A DNA stretch of 61,947 bases from Candidatus Limnocylindria bacterium (GCA_041493915.1 JBGPZT010000001.1:1-61947); one strand, 5' to 3'. Numbered from the stretch's first letter, positions 18,468 through 28,094 are shown. Numbers and translations: made by a program. The notes: a model not told the origin generated them from the letters alone.

Positions 18468-19352
18468 TCACCGGACCCGCTGCCGCGCGACAACGCGCAG
18501 GAGCAAGCCGACGACACCGATCACGAGCACAAGCACCAGCGACGCACCCCACGCTTTGGTGTGCCAGTCGTCGTACGGCGAGATCGCGTACCGGTAGATC
18601 GCGAGCGGAAGGGCGCCGATCGGCCGCAGTAGATCGGTGCTGAAGAAGTCGTTCCCGAGCGCCGTGAGGAGCAGCGGCGCGGTCTCCCCGGCTGATCGCG
18701 CGAGCGCGAGGACTGCAGCCGTGATGACGCCGGCGCGCGCGGTGGGCAGCACGATCGACAGGATGACCTTCCAGCGCGGCGCGCCCAATGCGAGCGCTGC
18801 CTCGCGGAGCGAATTCGGTACCAGCTTCAGCACTTCCTCGACCGTGCGCGCGACGATCGGGACCATGATCACGGCGAGCGCGATCGCACCGGCGATCGCG
18901 GCGTAGTGGCCGACGAGGCCCCGCACGAGCAGCGCCCAGACGAAGACCCCGATGACGATCGAGGGCAGGCCGGCGATGAGCTCCGCCGCGAAGCGCACCG
19001 GCGCGGCGAAGCGGCCCGAACGGTATTCGACGACGAAGATCGCGGCGGCGATGCCGACCGGGATGGCGATCGCGCCCGACACGGCCGCGAGAATGACCGT
19101 GCCGATCAGGGCCGGCGCGATGCCTCCGCCGACCTCGCCAAGGGGCTTCGGCCGCTCCGTGAAGAAAGCGAGGTCGATCGCCGGAAGACCGCGCACGATG
19201 ACGTAACCGAGGATGGTGACGAGAAAGGTCACCGCGACCAGCGTCGCGAGCAAGAGCAGCCCGATCACGACGCCCTCCGCGATGCGCCGCCGAACCACCA
19301 CGCGGTGCCGCGCCGGGATCGCCGAGGATGGAGTGAGCGCCATGACCGCCAC
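18468..19352 (-). CDS. pstA: phosphate ABC transporter permease PstA
   Basis: PstA-type permease pattern with an EAA loop ([12 protein letters not shown]). Operon position supports the call. Confidence 0.9.
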   Translation of the reverse strand: MAVMALTPSSAIPARHRVVVRRRIAEGVVIGLLLLATLVAVTFLVTILGYVIVRGLPAIDLAFFTERPKPLGEVGGGIAPALIGTVILAAVSGAIAIPVGIAAAIFVVEYRSGRFAAPVRFAAELIAGLPSIVIGVFVWALLVRGLVGHYAAIAGAIALAVIMVPIVARTVEEVLKLVPNSLREAALALGAPRWKVILSIVLPTARAGVITAAVLALARSAGETAPLLLTALGNDFFSTDLLRPIGALPLAIYRYAISPYDDWHTKAWGASLVLVLVIGVVGLLLRVVARQRVR

Positions 19353-19354
19353 CG

Positions 19355-20293
19355 TCAGATCACCGCGCCCGCGGGCCGATCGGCGATCGAGCGGCGGATG
19401 AGCACCCGCGCCACCCCGTTCACGATGATCCCGACGAGCAGCAGGACGAGCGCGATCTCGACGATGGCACTGAAGTAGAGGTCGCTGTCCGCTTCGACGA
19501 ACTGATTGGCGATCGCTGAGGCCATGGTGTAGCCGGGGACGAAGAGCGAGCCGCTGATGTCACGCGACGAGTTGCCCACCACCATTGTCACGGCCATCGT
19601 CTCGCCGAACGCGCGCGCGACGCCGAGGACGGCGCCGCCGATGATCCCGGGGCGCGCGTAGGGCAGCACGGCCCGACTGACGGCCTCCCAGCGTGTCGCC
19701 CCGAGTCCGATCATCGCCTCCCGCTGCGTGGGCGGGACCGCGAGCAACACCTCGCGCGACACGGCCATGAGGATGGGCAGGATCATGATCGCGAGGACCA
19801 CGCCGCCGCTGAGCAGGTCGAGCCCGATCGGCGTTCCGCTGAAGAGCCTGCCGATCACAGGGAGCTGTCCGAGCGTCGCCTGAAGGCCCGGCTCGACGAT
19901 GGAGCGCATCACCGGGACCATCACGAAGATCGCCCAGAGGCCGTAGACGATGCTCGGGATGTACGCGAGGAGCTCGATCGTGAACGCGATCGGCGCGCGC
20001 ACCGCGCGCGGCGCGAACTCGGTCAGGTAGATCGCAGCGCCGACCGCGACCGGCGCCGCGAGGACCACAGCGATGACCGTAGTCACCAGCGTCCCGTAGA
20101 CGTACGCGGCAGCACCGAACACGAGCTTGACCGGATCCCACTCGGTCGTCGTGAAGTACGAGAGGCCGAACGTCGTGAGCGACGGCCACGAGTCGATGAG
20201 TACGAGGACCGTTATCGCGGCGAGCGTGAGCGGCACCAGCAGCGCCAGTGCCGCCACGCCCACCGCGAACGCGCGGTCAAAGCTCCGGGTCAC
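19355..20293 (-). CDS. pstC: phosphate ABC transporter permease PstC
   Basis: PstC pattern (REAMIGLGATRWE). Operon position supports the call. Confidence 0.9.
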   Translation of the reverse strand: MTRSFDRAFAVGVAALALLVPLTLAAITVLVLIDSWPSLTTFGLSYFTTTEWDPVKLVFGAAAYVYGTLVTTVIAVVLAAPVAVGAAIYLTEFAPRAVRAPIAFTIELLAYIPSIVYGLWAIFVMVPVMRSIVEPGLQATLGQLPVIGRLFSGTPIGLDLLSGGVVLAIMILPILMAVSREVLLAVPPTQREAMIGLGATRWEAVSRAVLPYARPGIIGGAVLGVARAFGETMAVTMVVGNSSRDISGSLFVPGYTMASAIANQFVEADSDLYFSAIVEIALVLLLVGIIVNGVARVLIRRSIADRPAGAVI

Positions 20294-20299
20294 GCGGGG

Positions 20300-21430
20300 C
20301 TATTTCGGTAGTACAGGCTGGCCGCCCGAGGTGATGGCACGGATCTTCTCTTCCGCCTTTGCCACGACGGCGGCGGGAAGGGGTGCGTAACCCAGTTCTT
20401 TCGCGAAGGCCTGGCCCTCGTGGGTGCTCCACCAGAAGTACCGCGCTATGGCGATGGCCTTCCCCTTGTCTGAGATCTCGGCATAGGTGAGCGTCCAGGT
20501 GAAGCTCGAGATCGGATACGCGTCAGCGTTGTCCGAGTTGGTGATCGAGACACGCAGGTCGGGGGCGAGGGTGATGCCGTCCGCGGCCTTCGTCACCGAG
20601 TCGAGGTTCGCCTCGACGAACTTGCCCTTCGCGTTCTGTACGGAGCCGTAACCCAGCTTGTTCTGGATGGCGTAGATGAGCTCGACGTAGCCCATGGCGC
20701 CCGGTGTGTTCTTGACCGCACCGGCGACACCCGCGTTGCCGGATGCGCCGACGCCGCCCGGCCAGTTGACCGAGTTCGCGAAGCCGGCCTTCGACTTCCA
20801 CTCGGAGCTGACCTTCGAGAGGTAGTCGGTCCACACGTACGTCGTGCCCGAGCCGTCGGAGCGGTGCACGGTCGTGATGGACAGGTCAGGCAAGGTGACA
20901 CCGGGGTTCTGAGCGGTGATCTTCGGATCGTTCCACTTCTTGATCTGCTCGAGGAAGATGCCCGCGAGCACGTCGGGCGTGAACTTGAGCGCAGCGGTCA
21001 CGCCCGGGATGTTGTAGGTCGGCACGACGCCGCCCATGACCATCGGGATGTGCAGCACCGGCGCCTTGGCGTCGGTGAGCTGCTGGTCGCTCATCGGGCC
21101 GTCGGTCGCGCCGTAATCCACCGTCTTGTCGGTGAGCGACTTGATGCCGCCGCCCGAGCCCACGGCCTGGTAGTTGATCTGGATGCCGGTGAGCTTGTTG
21201 TACTCGTCGACCCACTTCGTGTAGATCGGCGCCGGGAACGTGGCTCCCGCGCCGGTGAGCGCGTTCGCCTCGGCCGGGCACTTGCCCTTGACGGGCACGG
21301 CGCACGGGTCGGCGGTCGCCGCTGCGGTGGCGCCGCCGCTTGGCGCGCTGGTCGCGGCGGGGGTCGCGCCGCCGCACGCGGTGACCAGGGTCGCGAACGC
21401 GAGGATGGACGTGATCAGGGGCTTCTTCAT
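20300..21430 (-). CDS. pstS: phosphate-binding lipoprotein PstS
   Basis: MKKPLITSILAFATLVTACGG (lipobox). GAGATFPAPIY and SDGSGTT are PstS motifs. GAGGAG lies upstream of ATG 21430. Confidence 0.9.
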   Translation of the reverse strand: MKKPLITSILAFATLVTACGGATPAATSAPSGGATAAATADPCAVPVKGKCPAEANALTGAGATFPAPIYTKWVDEYNKLTGIQINYQAVGSGGGIKSLTDKTVDYGATDGPMSDQQLTDAKAPVLHIPMVMGGVVPTYNIPGVTAALKFTPDVLAGIFLEQIKKWNDPKITAQNPGVTLPDLSITTVHRSDGSGTTYVWTDYLSKVSSEWKSKAGFANSVNWPGGVGASGNAGVAGAVKNTPGAMGYVELIYAIQNKLGYGSVQNAKGKFVEANLDSVTKAADGITLAPDLRVSITNSDNADAYPISSFTWTLTYAEISDKGKAIAIARYFWWSTHEGQAFAKELGYAPLPAAVVAKAEEKIRAITSGGQPVLPK

Positions 21431-21505
21431 TTCTCTCCTCATTCCCCACATGTGTCCAGACCAGCGTCGCGGGGCCCAGTGACAGGCTCGTGTGGCGGCA
21501 GGTGC

Positions 21506-21538
21506 GGAGGGTGAGGGGCATGTGAACGCTCGGTGAAC
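21506..21538 (-). promoter_or_regulatory. PHO box (11-nt phased direct repeats) upstream of pstS
   Basis: The minus strand reads GTTCACCGAGC GTTCACATGCC CCTCACCCTCC. Two exact GTTCAC cores sit 11 nt apart with a degenerate third unit, 76-108 nt upstream of the pstS ATG. Confidence 0.55.
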
Positions 21539-21564
21539 GCCGCCCGTTTCCCCTGCGGGGTCAC

Positions 21565-22257
21565 CTAAGCGGAGGACATCTCGTGGAACCGGTAACCCAC
21601 ACCACGGACGGTATCGATCCAGCGCGGGCGCTCCGCGTCATCCCCGAGCTTCTCGCGCAAGGTCTTCACGTGCGTGTCGACGGTCCGCGAGTCACCGGCG
21701 AAGTCGTAGCCCCACACGCTCGCGAGCAGCTGCTCGCGTCCGAACACCTGCCCCGGGTGCGCCATGAAGAACGCGAGGAGGTCGAACTCCTTCGGCTTGA
21801 GCGCGACCTCGCGACCATCGAGCGTCACGCGATGGCGTCCCGCGTCCAGCAGCAGCCCACCGCTCTCCAGGCGCTCCCCGACGGGCGCCACCGTTTGGCG
21901 TGTCCGCCGGAGTAGCGCGCGCACTCGGGCCACCAGCTCGCGTGTCGAGAACGGCTTGGCAAGGTAGTCGTCGGCGCCGAGCTCGAGGCCAACGACCTTG
22001 TCGAGCTCCGTGTCGCGCGCCGTGAGCATCAGGATCGGCACATCGCTCTCCCGTCGGATGCGGCGGCACACCTCGAGTCCGTCGAGGTTCGGCAGCATGA
22101 CGTCGAGAAGCACGACGTCGGGCCGGTTCTGGCGGAACGCCTCGAGGCCGCGTTCGCCGTCCTCGGCCGCGAACACTTCGAAGCCTTCCTGGCGAAGCGC
22201 GTAGCCGAGCGTGTGACGTAGATTCGCGTCGTCGTCGACGAGAACGAGCCGTGCCAC
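21565..22257 (-). CDS. OmpR/PhoB-family response regulator (PhoP/RegX3-like)
   Basis: LVLVDDD...LLDVMLPNLDG...TARDTELDKVVGLELGADDYLAKPFSTRELVARVRALLRR plus a winged-helix C-terminus. Confidence 0.9.
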   Translation of the reverse strand: MARLVLVDDDANLRHTLGYALRQEGFEVFAAEDGERGLEAFRQNRPDVVLLDVMLPNLDGLEVCRRIRRESDVPILMLTARDTELDKVVGLELGADDYLAKPFSTRELVARVRALLRRTRQTVAPVGERLESGGLLLDAGRHRVTLDGREVALKPKEFDLLAFFMAHPGQVFGREQLLASVWGYDFAGDSRTVDTHVKTLREKLGDDAERPRWIDTVRGVGYRFHEMSSA

Positions 22258-22287
22258 CTTCGGCCGAGCCTACCATCCGCCTCGAAC

Positions 22288-22309
22288 GTTCACCGCGCGT
22301 TCACGGCCC
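22288..22309 (+). promoter_or_regulatory. second PHO-box-like direct repeat, upstream of the response-regulator gene
   Basis: GTTCACCGCGC GTTCACGGCCC are two 11-nt phased units on the + strand, 31-52 nt from the regulator start at 22257. Confidence 0.4.
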
Positions 22310-22526
22310 GATGACGACCGTCCGCGACGCTGTCGGTGTGATCACCGTCACGAAGCTCAGCTTCCTGCACCCCTGGGTACGGGTCGGCGTAGTCATCTTC
22401 AGGAACGACTCGATCGGCGTCGATCGCCATGGCGAGCCGCTGCGGGTCGACCGCGACGTCGTCGTCACCGGCATCGTCCCCGAGAACGACGGGCCGCTCG
22501 TCGCGTTCCGGCCGTACGCCGAGCAC
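22290..22526 (-). CDS. hypothetical acidic 78-aa protein between the kinase and regulator genes
   Basis: GC3-biased frame on the operon strand (MLGVRPERDERPVVLGDDAGDDDVAV...). No homology recognised, and it may be non-coding spacer. Confidence 0.3.
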   Translation of the reverse strand: MLGVRPERDERPVVLGDDAGDDDVAVDPQRLAMAIDADRVVPEDDYADPYPGVQEAELRDGDHTDSVADGRHRAVNAR

Positions 22527-22550
22527 TGCCTCTACGCCTGAGCGCGGCCC

Positions 22551-24278
22551 TCACTCCGCCAGCGGCAGCGTGAAGCGGAAGGTGGCTCCGCGGCCAGGCC
22601 CATCGCTCCGCGCCTCGATCTCACCGCCGTGCGCGTGCACGATGTGCTTCGCGATCGCCAGGCCCAGGCCCGTGCCGCCACCCGACCGCGATCGATCGGC
22701 CTTGTAGAAGCGCTCGAAGACCCGCTCGAGATCCGCGCGCTCGATGCCGACGCCGGTGTCCGTGACGCTGAACGCGACGCGGCCGTCCTCGCGCGCGGCC
22801 GAGAGCCGGACCGAGCCACCGGCGGGCGTGAACTTCACCGCGTTGTGGACGAGATTCGCAAGTACCTGCGCGACACGCTCGCCGTCGGCTCGAACCGCCG
22901 GAGCGTCGCCGGGCTCGACGAGCAGCGCGACGTCGGCGCGCGAGGCGAGCGGGCCCATCCTTCGCGCGCAGTCCGCGAGGAGCGCACCCGGCGACTGCGG
23001 CAACAACGTGAGCGTCTCGGCCCCCGACTCGATCCGCGTGAGAGTGAGGAGCTCGTTCGTGAGCTGCGCGAGGCCGTCGATCTCCTGATGCATGCGATGC
23101 ACGAAGTCGCGCGCGGCGGCCGGGTCGTTGAGCGCGCCCTCCTCGAGCGCCTCGGCCATCGCCTTGAGCGAGGTTATCGGCCGCCGCAGTTCGTGCGAGA
23201 CGTTGGCGACGAAGTCCGAGCGCACGGTCTCGAGGCGACGGAGCGTCGTGAGGTCCTGTAGTACGACGAGGATCTGACCGCCCTCGAGCGGCCGCGCGAC
23301 GGCGCGCATGAAGCGCCGCGGATCGGCGCGCTCGATCGTCGCGGTCGCGTCGCGGCCGTCGCGAGCGGAGGCGATGGCGGCGAGGACCTCGTGGTCGCGC
23401 ACGACCTCGGGCAGGCGGCGACCGACGACATCCGGACCCGAGCTGGCGCGCGCCGCCGCGTTGGCGAGCAGCACCCGCCCATCCGCGTCCGCGATGAGAA
23501 TGGCATCGCCGAGCTCGTCGATGAGGGTTGCGAGGCGGTCGCGCTCTGACTCAGCCACGGCGTGCTCGGCCCGCACGGCGGCCGAGGAGCGCCGCAGCGC
23601 CGCGGCCAGACGCTCGACCTCCACCGGACCACGTATGTCGAACGAGGCGTCCTGCGCTTCAGCGCGTTCCGTGAGCACCTCTATCGGACGCGCGATGACA
23701 CGCTGGATGACCCAGGCGGCAAAGACCGCGACGAGCGCGGCGACGAGCGCGGCCGCGAGAAGCGAGAGCGAAAGGCGCGCGGCGAGGGCGTCGACCGCGA
23801 CGAGCGGCAGCGCGAGCCGCGACACGCCGACGATCCGATCGCCGACGCGCACCGGGACCGCCACATAGAGAAGGTCTCGATCGACGGTGGCCGAGTGTCG
23901 AACCGCGCGTCCTTCACCGCCAGCCAGCGCCGGCACGATCTCCGGCCGCGTGGCGTGGTTCTCCATCGTGCGGCGGTCCTCGTCGGACTCGCCGAGGACC
24001 GTTCCGTCGGTCGCGACGAAGGTCACGCGCACGCTCGCGTCGGACGCGATCCGCTTGGCGAGAAGGTCGAGCGCGTCGGCGTCGGCGCGCACGAAAAGGT
24101 CGCGCGACAGGTCGCCCGCGAGCGCGGCCTCGGACGCGAGGCGCGCTCCCAGGACTAGGGTCTCGTGCTGCGTCGCGATGCCGGGCACGGCCGCGGCCAC
24201 GACGGCGAGCGCGACGAGGATGGTGAGGACCGAGCCGAGGAGGACGCGTGCGCGGATCGTGCGCGGCACGAGCACCAC
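22551..24278 (-). CDS. PhoR-type sensor histidine kinase
   Basis: Two TM helices, HAMP and PAS regions, HisKA (FVANVSHELRRP) and HATPase (GGTGLGLAIAKHIV). The likely GTG start at 24278/24275 lies just after the upstream stop. The track ORF extends to 24362. Confidence 0.9.
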   Translation of the reverse strand: MVLVPRTIRARVLLGSVLTILVALAVVAAAVPGIATQHETLVLGARLASEAALAGDLSRDLFVRADADALDLLAKRIASDASVRVTFVATDGTVLGESDEDRRTMENHATRPEIVPALAGGEGRAVRHSATVDRDLLYVAVPVRVGDRIVGVSRLALPLVAVDALAARLSLSLLAAALVAALVAVFAAWVIQRVIARPIEVLTERAEAQDASFDIRGPVEVERLAAALRRSSAAVRAEHAVAESERDRLATLIDELGDAILIADADGRVLLANAAARASSGPDVVGRRLPEVVRDHEVLAAIASARDGRDATATIERADPRRFMRAVARPLEGGQILVVLQDLTTLRRLETVRSDFVANVSHELRRPITSLKAMAEALEEGALNDPAAARDFVHRMHQEIDGLAQLTNELLTLTRIESGAETLTLLPQSPGALLADCARRMGPLASRADVALLVEPGDAPAVRADGERVAQVLANLVHNAVKFTPAGGSVRLSAAREDGRVAFSVTDTGVGIERADLERVFERFYKADRSRSGGGTGLGLAIAKHIVHAHGGEIEARSDGPGRGATFRFTLPLAE

Positions 24279-24279
24279 T

Positions 24280-25215
24280 CTAGGAGCGCACGTCGACGCC
24301 GAGGGCGCGCAGCCGTGTGAAGAGCGCGGCAGGATCGACCTGCGCGTCGGCGGGCACGACACCCGCCGGGATCTCGCTGCCGCGGGCGAGCGACTCCGCG
24401 GCGAGCACGGCCGGCTCGGCGGCGATCAGATAGCTGCCGCGCGGCGCGCTGAGACGCGTCAAGGAGTAGCGCCCGCCCTCGCTGATCGCCACGGAGAACG
24501 ATCCCGCGCGGCGGCCAAGGAGACGGGCGGAGAGTGGCGCGACCGCGGACAACAGGCTCGTCAGGCCCAGCCTCGAGGCGAGCGCGACGGCGCTCGCGGC
24601 GAATGGAGCATTGGGGTCGACCCAGAAGTCGACCCAGCGCAGGCTGGGCCACGAGCGCGGCAATATCACCGCGGCCGCGCTCTCGACCCGGTAGCCCCGT
24701 CGACGGTCGGCGGGAAACTCGCGCGACCGCGACCAGTCGACCGATGCGAGGAACGCCCGTACCGTCGCGGGGTTGCCCGTGTCGGCGGACGCTGGCGCGA
24801 GGAAGAGGTCGCAGGTCTCCGGCGAGGCACTCTCGCTGGCGCGGATGGCCGACGCGGCCACAGTCGCGATCGCGCTACATGAGGTGAAGATCCGCACGCC
24901 GGCCGAGGCCGCGCGCTCGTGCAGCGCGAGCACCGCGCGCGCGTAGCGAAGGGAGTCCGAGAGATCGACGACGTCGCAGCCGAGCTCGATCGCGGCCTCC
25001 ACCAGCAGGGTCGAGCGCATCTGGAACGGCCCAGCCGTGTCGACGATCACATCGCCTTGGCGCAGCCCACGTCGGATCGAACCGCCGTCCTCGACATCGA
25101 GACGCGTCTCGCCACGGGTGCGAGACGCGACCACCGGCGTGATACCGATGTCCGCGAGCCGGCGCGCGACGACGCCGCCGAAGAAGCCGGCGCCGATGAC
25201 GACGACGCGTCTCAA
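24280..25215 (-). CDS. saccharopine dehydrogenase-like NAD(P)-binding protein
   Basis: RRVVVIGAGFFGGVVARRL is a Rossmann motif. TTG start overlaps the upstream stop (TTGA). The Arg-rich N-terminal extension in the track ORF is an artefact. Confidence 0.7.
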   Translation of the reverse strand: MRRVVVIGAGFFGGVVARRLADIGITPVVASRTRGETRLDVEDGGSIRRGLRQGDVIVDTAGPFQMRSTLLVEAAIELGCDVVDLSDSLRYARAVLALHERAASAGVRIFTSCSAIATVAASAIRASESASPETCDLFLAPASADTGNPATVRAFLASVDWSRSREFPADRRRGYRVESAAAVILPRSWPSLRWVDFWVDPNAPFAASAVALASRLGLTSLLSAVAPLSARLLGRRAGSFSVAISEGGRYSLTRLSAPRGSYLIAAEPAVLAAESLARGSEIPAGVVPADAQVDPAALFTRLRALGVDVRS

Positions 25216-25778
25216 CGGAGCTTCGCCGCGAGGTACACGCACCACGGGCAGAACAGCGCGAAGAGGACCGCAGTCGCGGTCGCGGTGATGATCGGGATGT
25301 TCGCGAGCGCGCCAACGCTGAGCAGGATGCCCGCGGCCCACATGACGGCTGCCCACGCGCGGGCGAATCTGGTGAGCGGGGTCGCGAGCGTGAGGCCGAT
25401 GCCGCACAGCGTATACAGCCCGTTCGCCACACCCCCGGTCAGCGCGAAAGCGAACGCTGAGGTCGCGATGTAGTTCTGCGCGCCGCCCACGATGAGGATG
25501 AGCTCGGCGGTCACGTCGGCGATGAGCCCGAGCCCGCCGAGGACGAGCGGGACGTACGACCCGTTGATGCGGTCCCGCCACCACCAATAGAAGGCGAGCA
25601 GCGACAGCGCCGCCGCGATCCACGTCATCCAGCCGAGGCGCCACACGAGGAGATGCGTCCCCACGTAGGTCAGACGCTGCACCGGATCCGCGACGAGGGG
25701 CGTCGCGGGTGCGAGGACGAACAGCAGCGCGAACGCCGCGGCGACGTTGAGCGCGGCGCAGACGATCGGCGGGGCGAT
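25212..25778 (-). CDS. polytopic membrane protein of unknown function (start probably non-canonical)
   Basis: The first canonical start is GTG 25682. However, a GC3-saturated frame encoding a TM helix (IAPPIVCAALNVAAAFALLFVLAP) continues upstream to an ATC at 25778, which is preceded by AGGA at 8-nt spacing. Confidence 0.6.
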   Translation of the reverse strand: MAPPIVCAALNVAAAFALLFVLAPATPLVADPVQRLTYVGTHLLVWRLGWMTWIAAALSLLAFYWWWRDRINGSYVPLVLGGLGLIADVTAELILIVGGAQNYIATSAFAFALTGGVANGLYTLCGIGLTLATPLTRFARAWAAVMWAAGILLSVGALANIPIITATATAVLFALFCPWCVYLAAKLR

Positions 25779-25788
25779 CCCCGCGGTC

Positions 25789-26457
25789 CTAACCGAGGCG
25801 ATAGCCGACGCCGCGCACGTTTGAGAGCGACGGCGCGCCTGCCGCGTCCAGCTTCGAGCGGAGGCGCGCGAGGTGCGCCTTCAGCCACTCGGGATCGGGA
25901 TCGCGCTCCTCGGGCCAGCCCGCGCGAAGCAGCGCGCGGCGATCCACGACCTCGCTCGGATGGGCGGCGAGCGCGGTGAGCAGCCGGAACTCGGTCGGCG
26001 TCAGGTCGAGCACCTCGCCCGCGACCGTCGCCTGATGCGCGCGCGGATCCACGGTGAGCGTGCCGATCGACGCCGCGGGCCGCGTGCGCGCTGCAGGCGC
26101 GGCGCGGCGCAGGAGGGCGCGCACTCGGGCCGACAGCTCCTTCTTCGAGAAGGGCTTCTCGAGGTAGTCGTCGGCGCCGAGGTCGAGGAGGCGCGCGCGC
26201 TCGTCGCTGCCCTTTTCACCGGTGAGCATGAGGATCGGCGTCGACGACGATGCGCGGATGCGCCGGCAGACCTCATCGCCAGACAGCTTCGGCAGGCCGC
26301 GATCGAGGATGACGAGGTCCGGTGATTCTTCGGCGTGACGCCTCAGCGCGGACTCGCCGTCGTACGCGGTGACGACCTCATACCCGTCCTCGCCGAGGAG
26401 CGCCGCCACCATCCCGACCAGCGCGCGCTCGTCATCAACGACCAGGACGCTCGTCAT
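25789..26457 (-). CDS. OmpR-family response regulator
   Basis: VLVVDDE...ILDRGLPKLSG...LGADDYLEKPF plus a winged helix. ATGA overlap with the kinase gene. Confidence 0.9.
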   Translation of the reverse strand: MTSVLVVDDERALVGMVAALLGEDGYEVVTAYDGESALRRHAEESPDLVILDRGLPKLSGDEVCRRIRASSSTPILMLTGEKGSDERARLLDLGADDYLEKPFSKKELSARVRALLRRAAPAARTRPAASIGTLTVDPRAHQATVAGEVLDLTPTEFRLLTALAAHPSEVVDRRALLRAGWPEERDPDPEWLKAHLARLRSKLDAAGAPSLSNVRGVGYRLG

Positions 26458-28094
26458 GCGCGCGCCTCGCTCATCAGCGGGACGCTGAACGCGAACGCGC
26501 CACCGCCGCCGGGATTCTCCTCGTACCAGATATCGCCACCCTGCGCCTCGACGACGCGTCGGGACGCGAAGAGGCCGATGCCCGATCCGGGGAGCTCGGC
26601 ATGCGCCGCGGCGCGCACGTACGGCTCGAAGATCCGCGCGCGGTCCTGTGGCGCGACCCCGGGTCCCTCGTCGATGACGCGCACGACGCCGCGGTCGCGG
26701 CGGCGCTCGACCTTGACGCCGATCCGCGTCTCCTCGGGCGCGTACTTCGTCGCGTTGTGCACCAGGCCTGCGAGCACCTCGGCCGTGCGCCGCCGGTCGC
26801 CCCGCACCCAGATCGGCGCGCCGTCGCGCGGACCGGCGAGACGATGGCGGCGCGCGATCGGCGCGAGCTCCTTCAATGTCGACATCGCCGTCGCGCGCAG
26901 ATCGAACCTGGCGCGGCGAAGGGTCAGGTCGGGATGATCCACGCGGACGCCGGTGAGGATGCGGTCGACGAGTTGATCGAGGCGCACGACCTGTGCGACG
27001 GCCTCGTCGATCGGGATACGCCGGTTCCCATTCTTCTCCGCTAGCAGATCGAGGTACCCGCGGATGACAGACAGCGGCGTGCGTAGGTCGTGCGTGACCA
27101 CGGCAACGAACTCGGTGCGCGCGCGCTCGAGCTCGCGCAGCCTCTCCGTCGTCTGGCGCTCCAGTGCGTACAGAGCCGCCTTGTCGATGGCGAGCGCGGC
27201 CTGGTTCGCGAGCGCGCCGACGAAAGCGACCTCCTCATCGGCGAGCTCGACGCCGGTCGGCACGCGCAGCGCGACCGCGCCGAGCAGCCGGTCGCCGGCG
27301 AGCAGCGGAAGCGCGACGTGGTCGCCCTCGACGATCGGGCGCGTCTCCGCCATCGCGCGTCGCGCGGCCGCGGGCAGCGACTTTCCGATGTCGCCCGACC
27401 GCGCGCGCTCGCGCACGTCGTCACGCTCGCGCAGGTAGATCGCGCCCGCGGAGCCCGGATACACGCGCACCAGCCGGTCGACGATGAGCGGGAGCACCTC
27501 GTCGAGGTCGAGCGTCGACGTCAGGACATTCGAGACCTCGAACAGGGCCGAGACCTCGCGCAGCTTGCGCTCCGACTCGCGTTGCAGACGGCCCTTCTCG
27601 ATGATGCCCGCCACCTGGTTCGCGATCGTCTGGAGGAAGTCGATCTCGGTGCGGTCGAAGTCACGCGGCTCGACCGTCTGCACGTTCATGACGCCGATGA
27701 CCTCGTCACGCGACACGAGCGGCACGGAGAGCATCGAGGTGAAGCGGTCGACGTCGACGGTCGGGACCACCTTCCAACGCGGCTCGCCCCGCACGTCGCG
27801 CACCGCGAGCGGCACGCGCGCATTCGCGACCCAACCGGTGATGCCCTCGCCGACGCGCAGCGTCGCGCGGCCCACGGCGCGCGGGTTCAGGCCGTTCGTG
27901 GCCACGAGACGGAGGAGCCCTTCGCGTCTCTCGAGGAGATACAGACTCGACACCTCGGCGCCCATCGCGTCGGTGGTGCGGTCAATGACGATGCGTAGCA
28001 TCTCGTCCCAGTCGCGCGCGGACGATGCGAGCTGCGCCACCTCGTGCAGGAAGGAGAGCTCCCGTAGTTTCCGTTCGGCGTCGGTGGGACTCAC
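26454..28094 (-). CDS. cytoplasmic GAF-GAF sensor histidine kinase
   Basis: Two GAF-like modules, then HisKA (FVAVVTHDLRTPL) and HATPase (GSGIGLFASRRVVEAQGG). No TM segment. Confidence 0.9.
   Translation of the reverse strand: MSPTDAERKLRELSFLHEVAQLASSARDWDEMLRIVIDRTTDAMGAEVSSLYLLERREGLLRLVATNGLNPRAVGRATLRVGEGITGWVANARVPLAVRDVRGEPRWKVVPTVDVDRFTSMLSVPLVSRDEVIGVMNVQTVEPRDFDRTEIDFLQTIANQVAGIIEKGRLQRESERKLREVSALFEVSNVLTSTLDLDEVLPLIVDRLVRVYPGSAGAIYLRERDDVRERARSGDIGKSLPAAARRAMAETRPIVEGDHVALPLLAGDRLLGAVALRVPTGVELADEEVAFVGALANQAALAIDKAALYALERQTTERLRELERARTEFVAVVTHDLRTPLSVIRGYLDLLAEKNGNRRIPIDEAVAQVVRLDQLVDRILTGVRVDHPDLTLRRARFDLRATAMSTLKELAPIARRHRLAGPRDGAPIWVRGDRRRTAEVLAGLVHNATKYAPEETRIGVKVERRRDRGVVRVIDEGPGVAPQDRARIFEPYVRAAAHAELPGSGIGLFASRRVVEAQGGDIWYEENPGGGGAFAFSVPLMSEARA

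Noticed and set aside
22251-22541. A plus-strand 96-aa ORF in the kinase/regulator spacer.
   Set aside because: It is on the opposite strand to the operon. The GC3 pattern favours the minus-strand frame, if anything here is coding at all.
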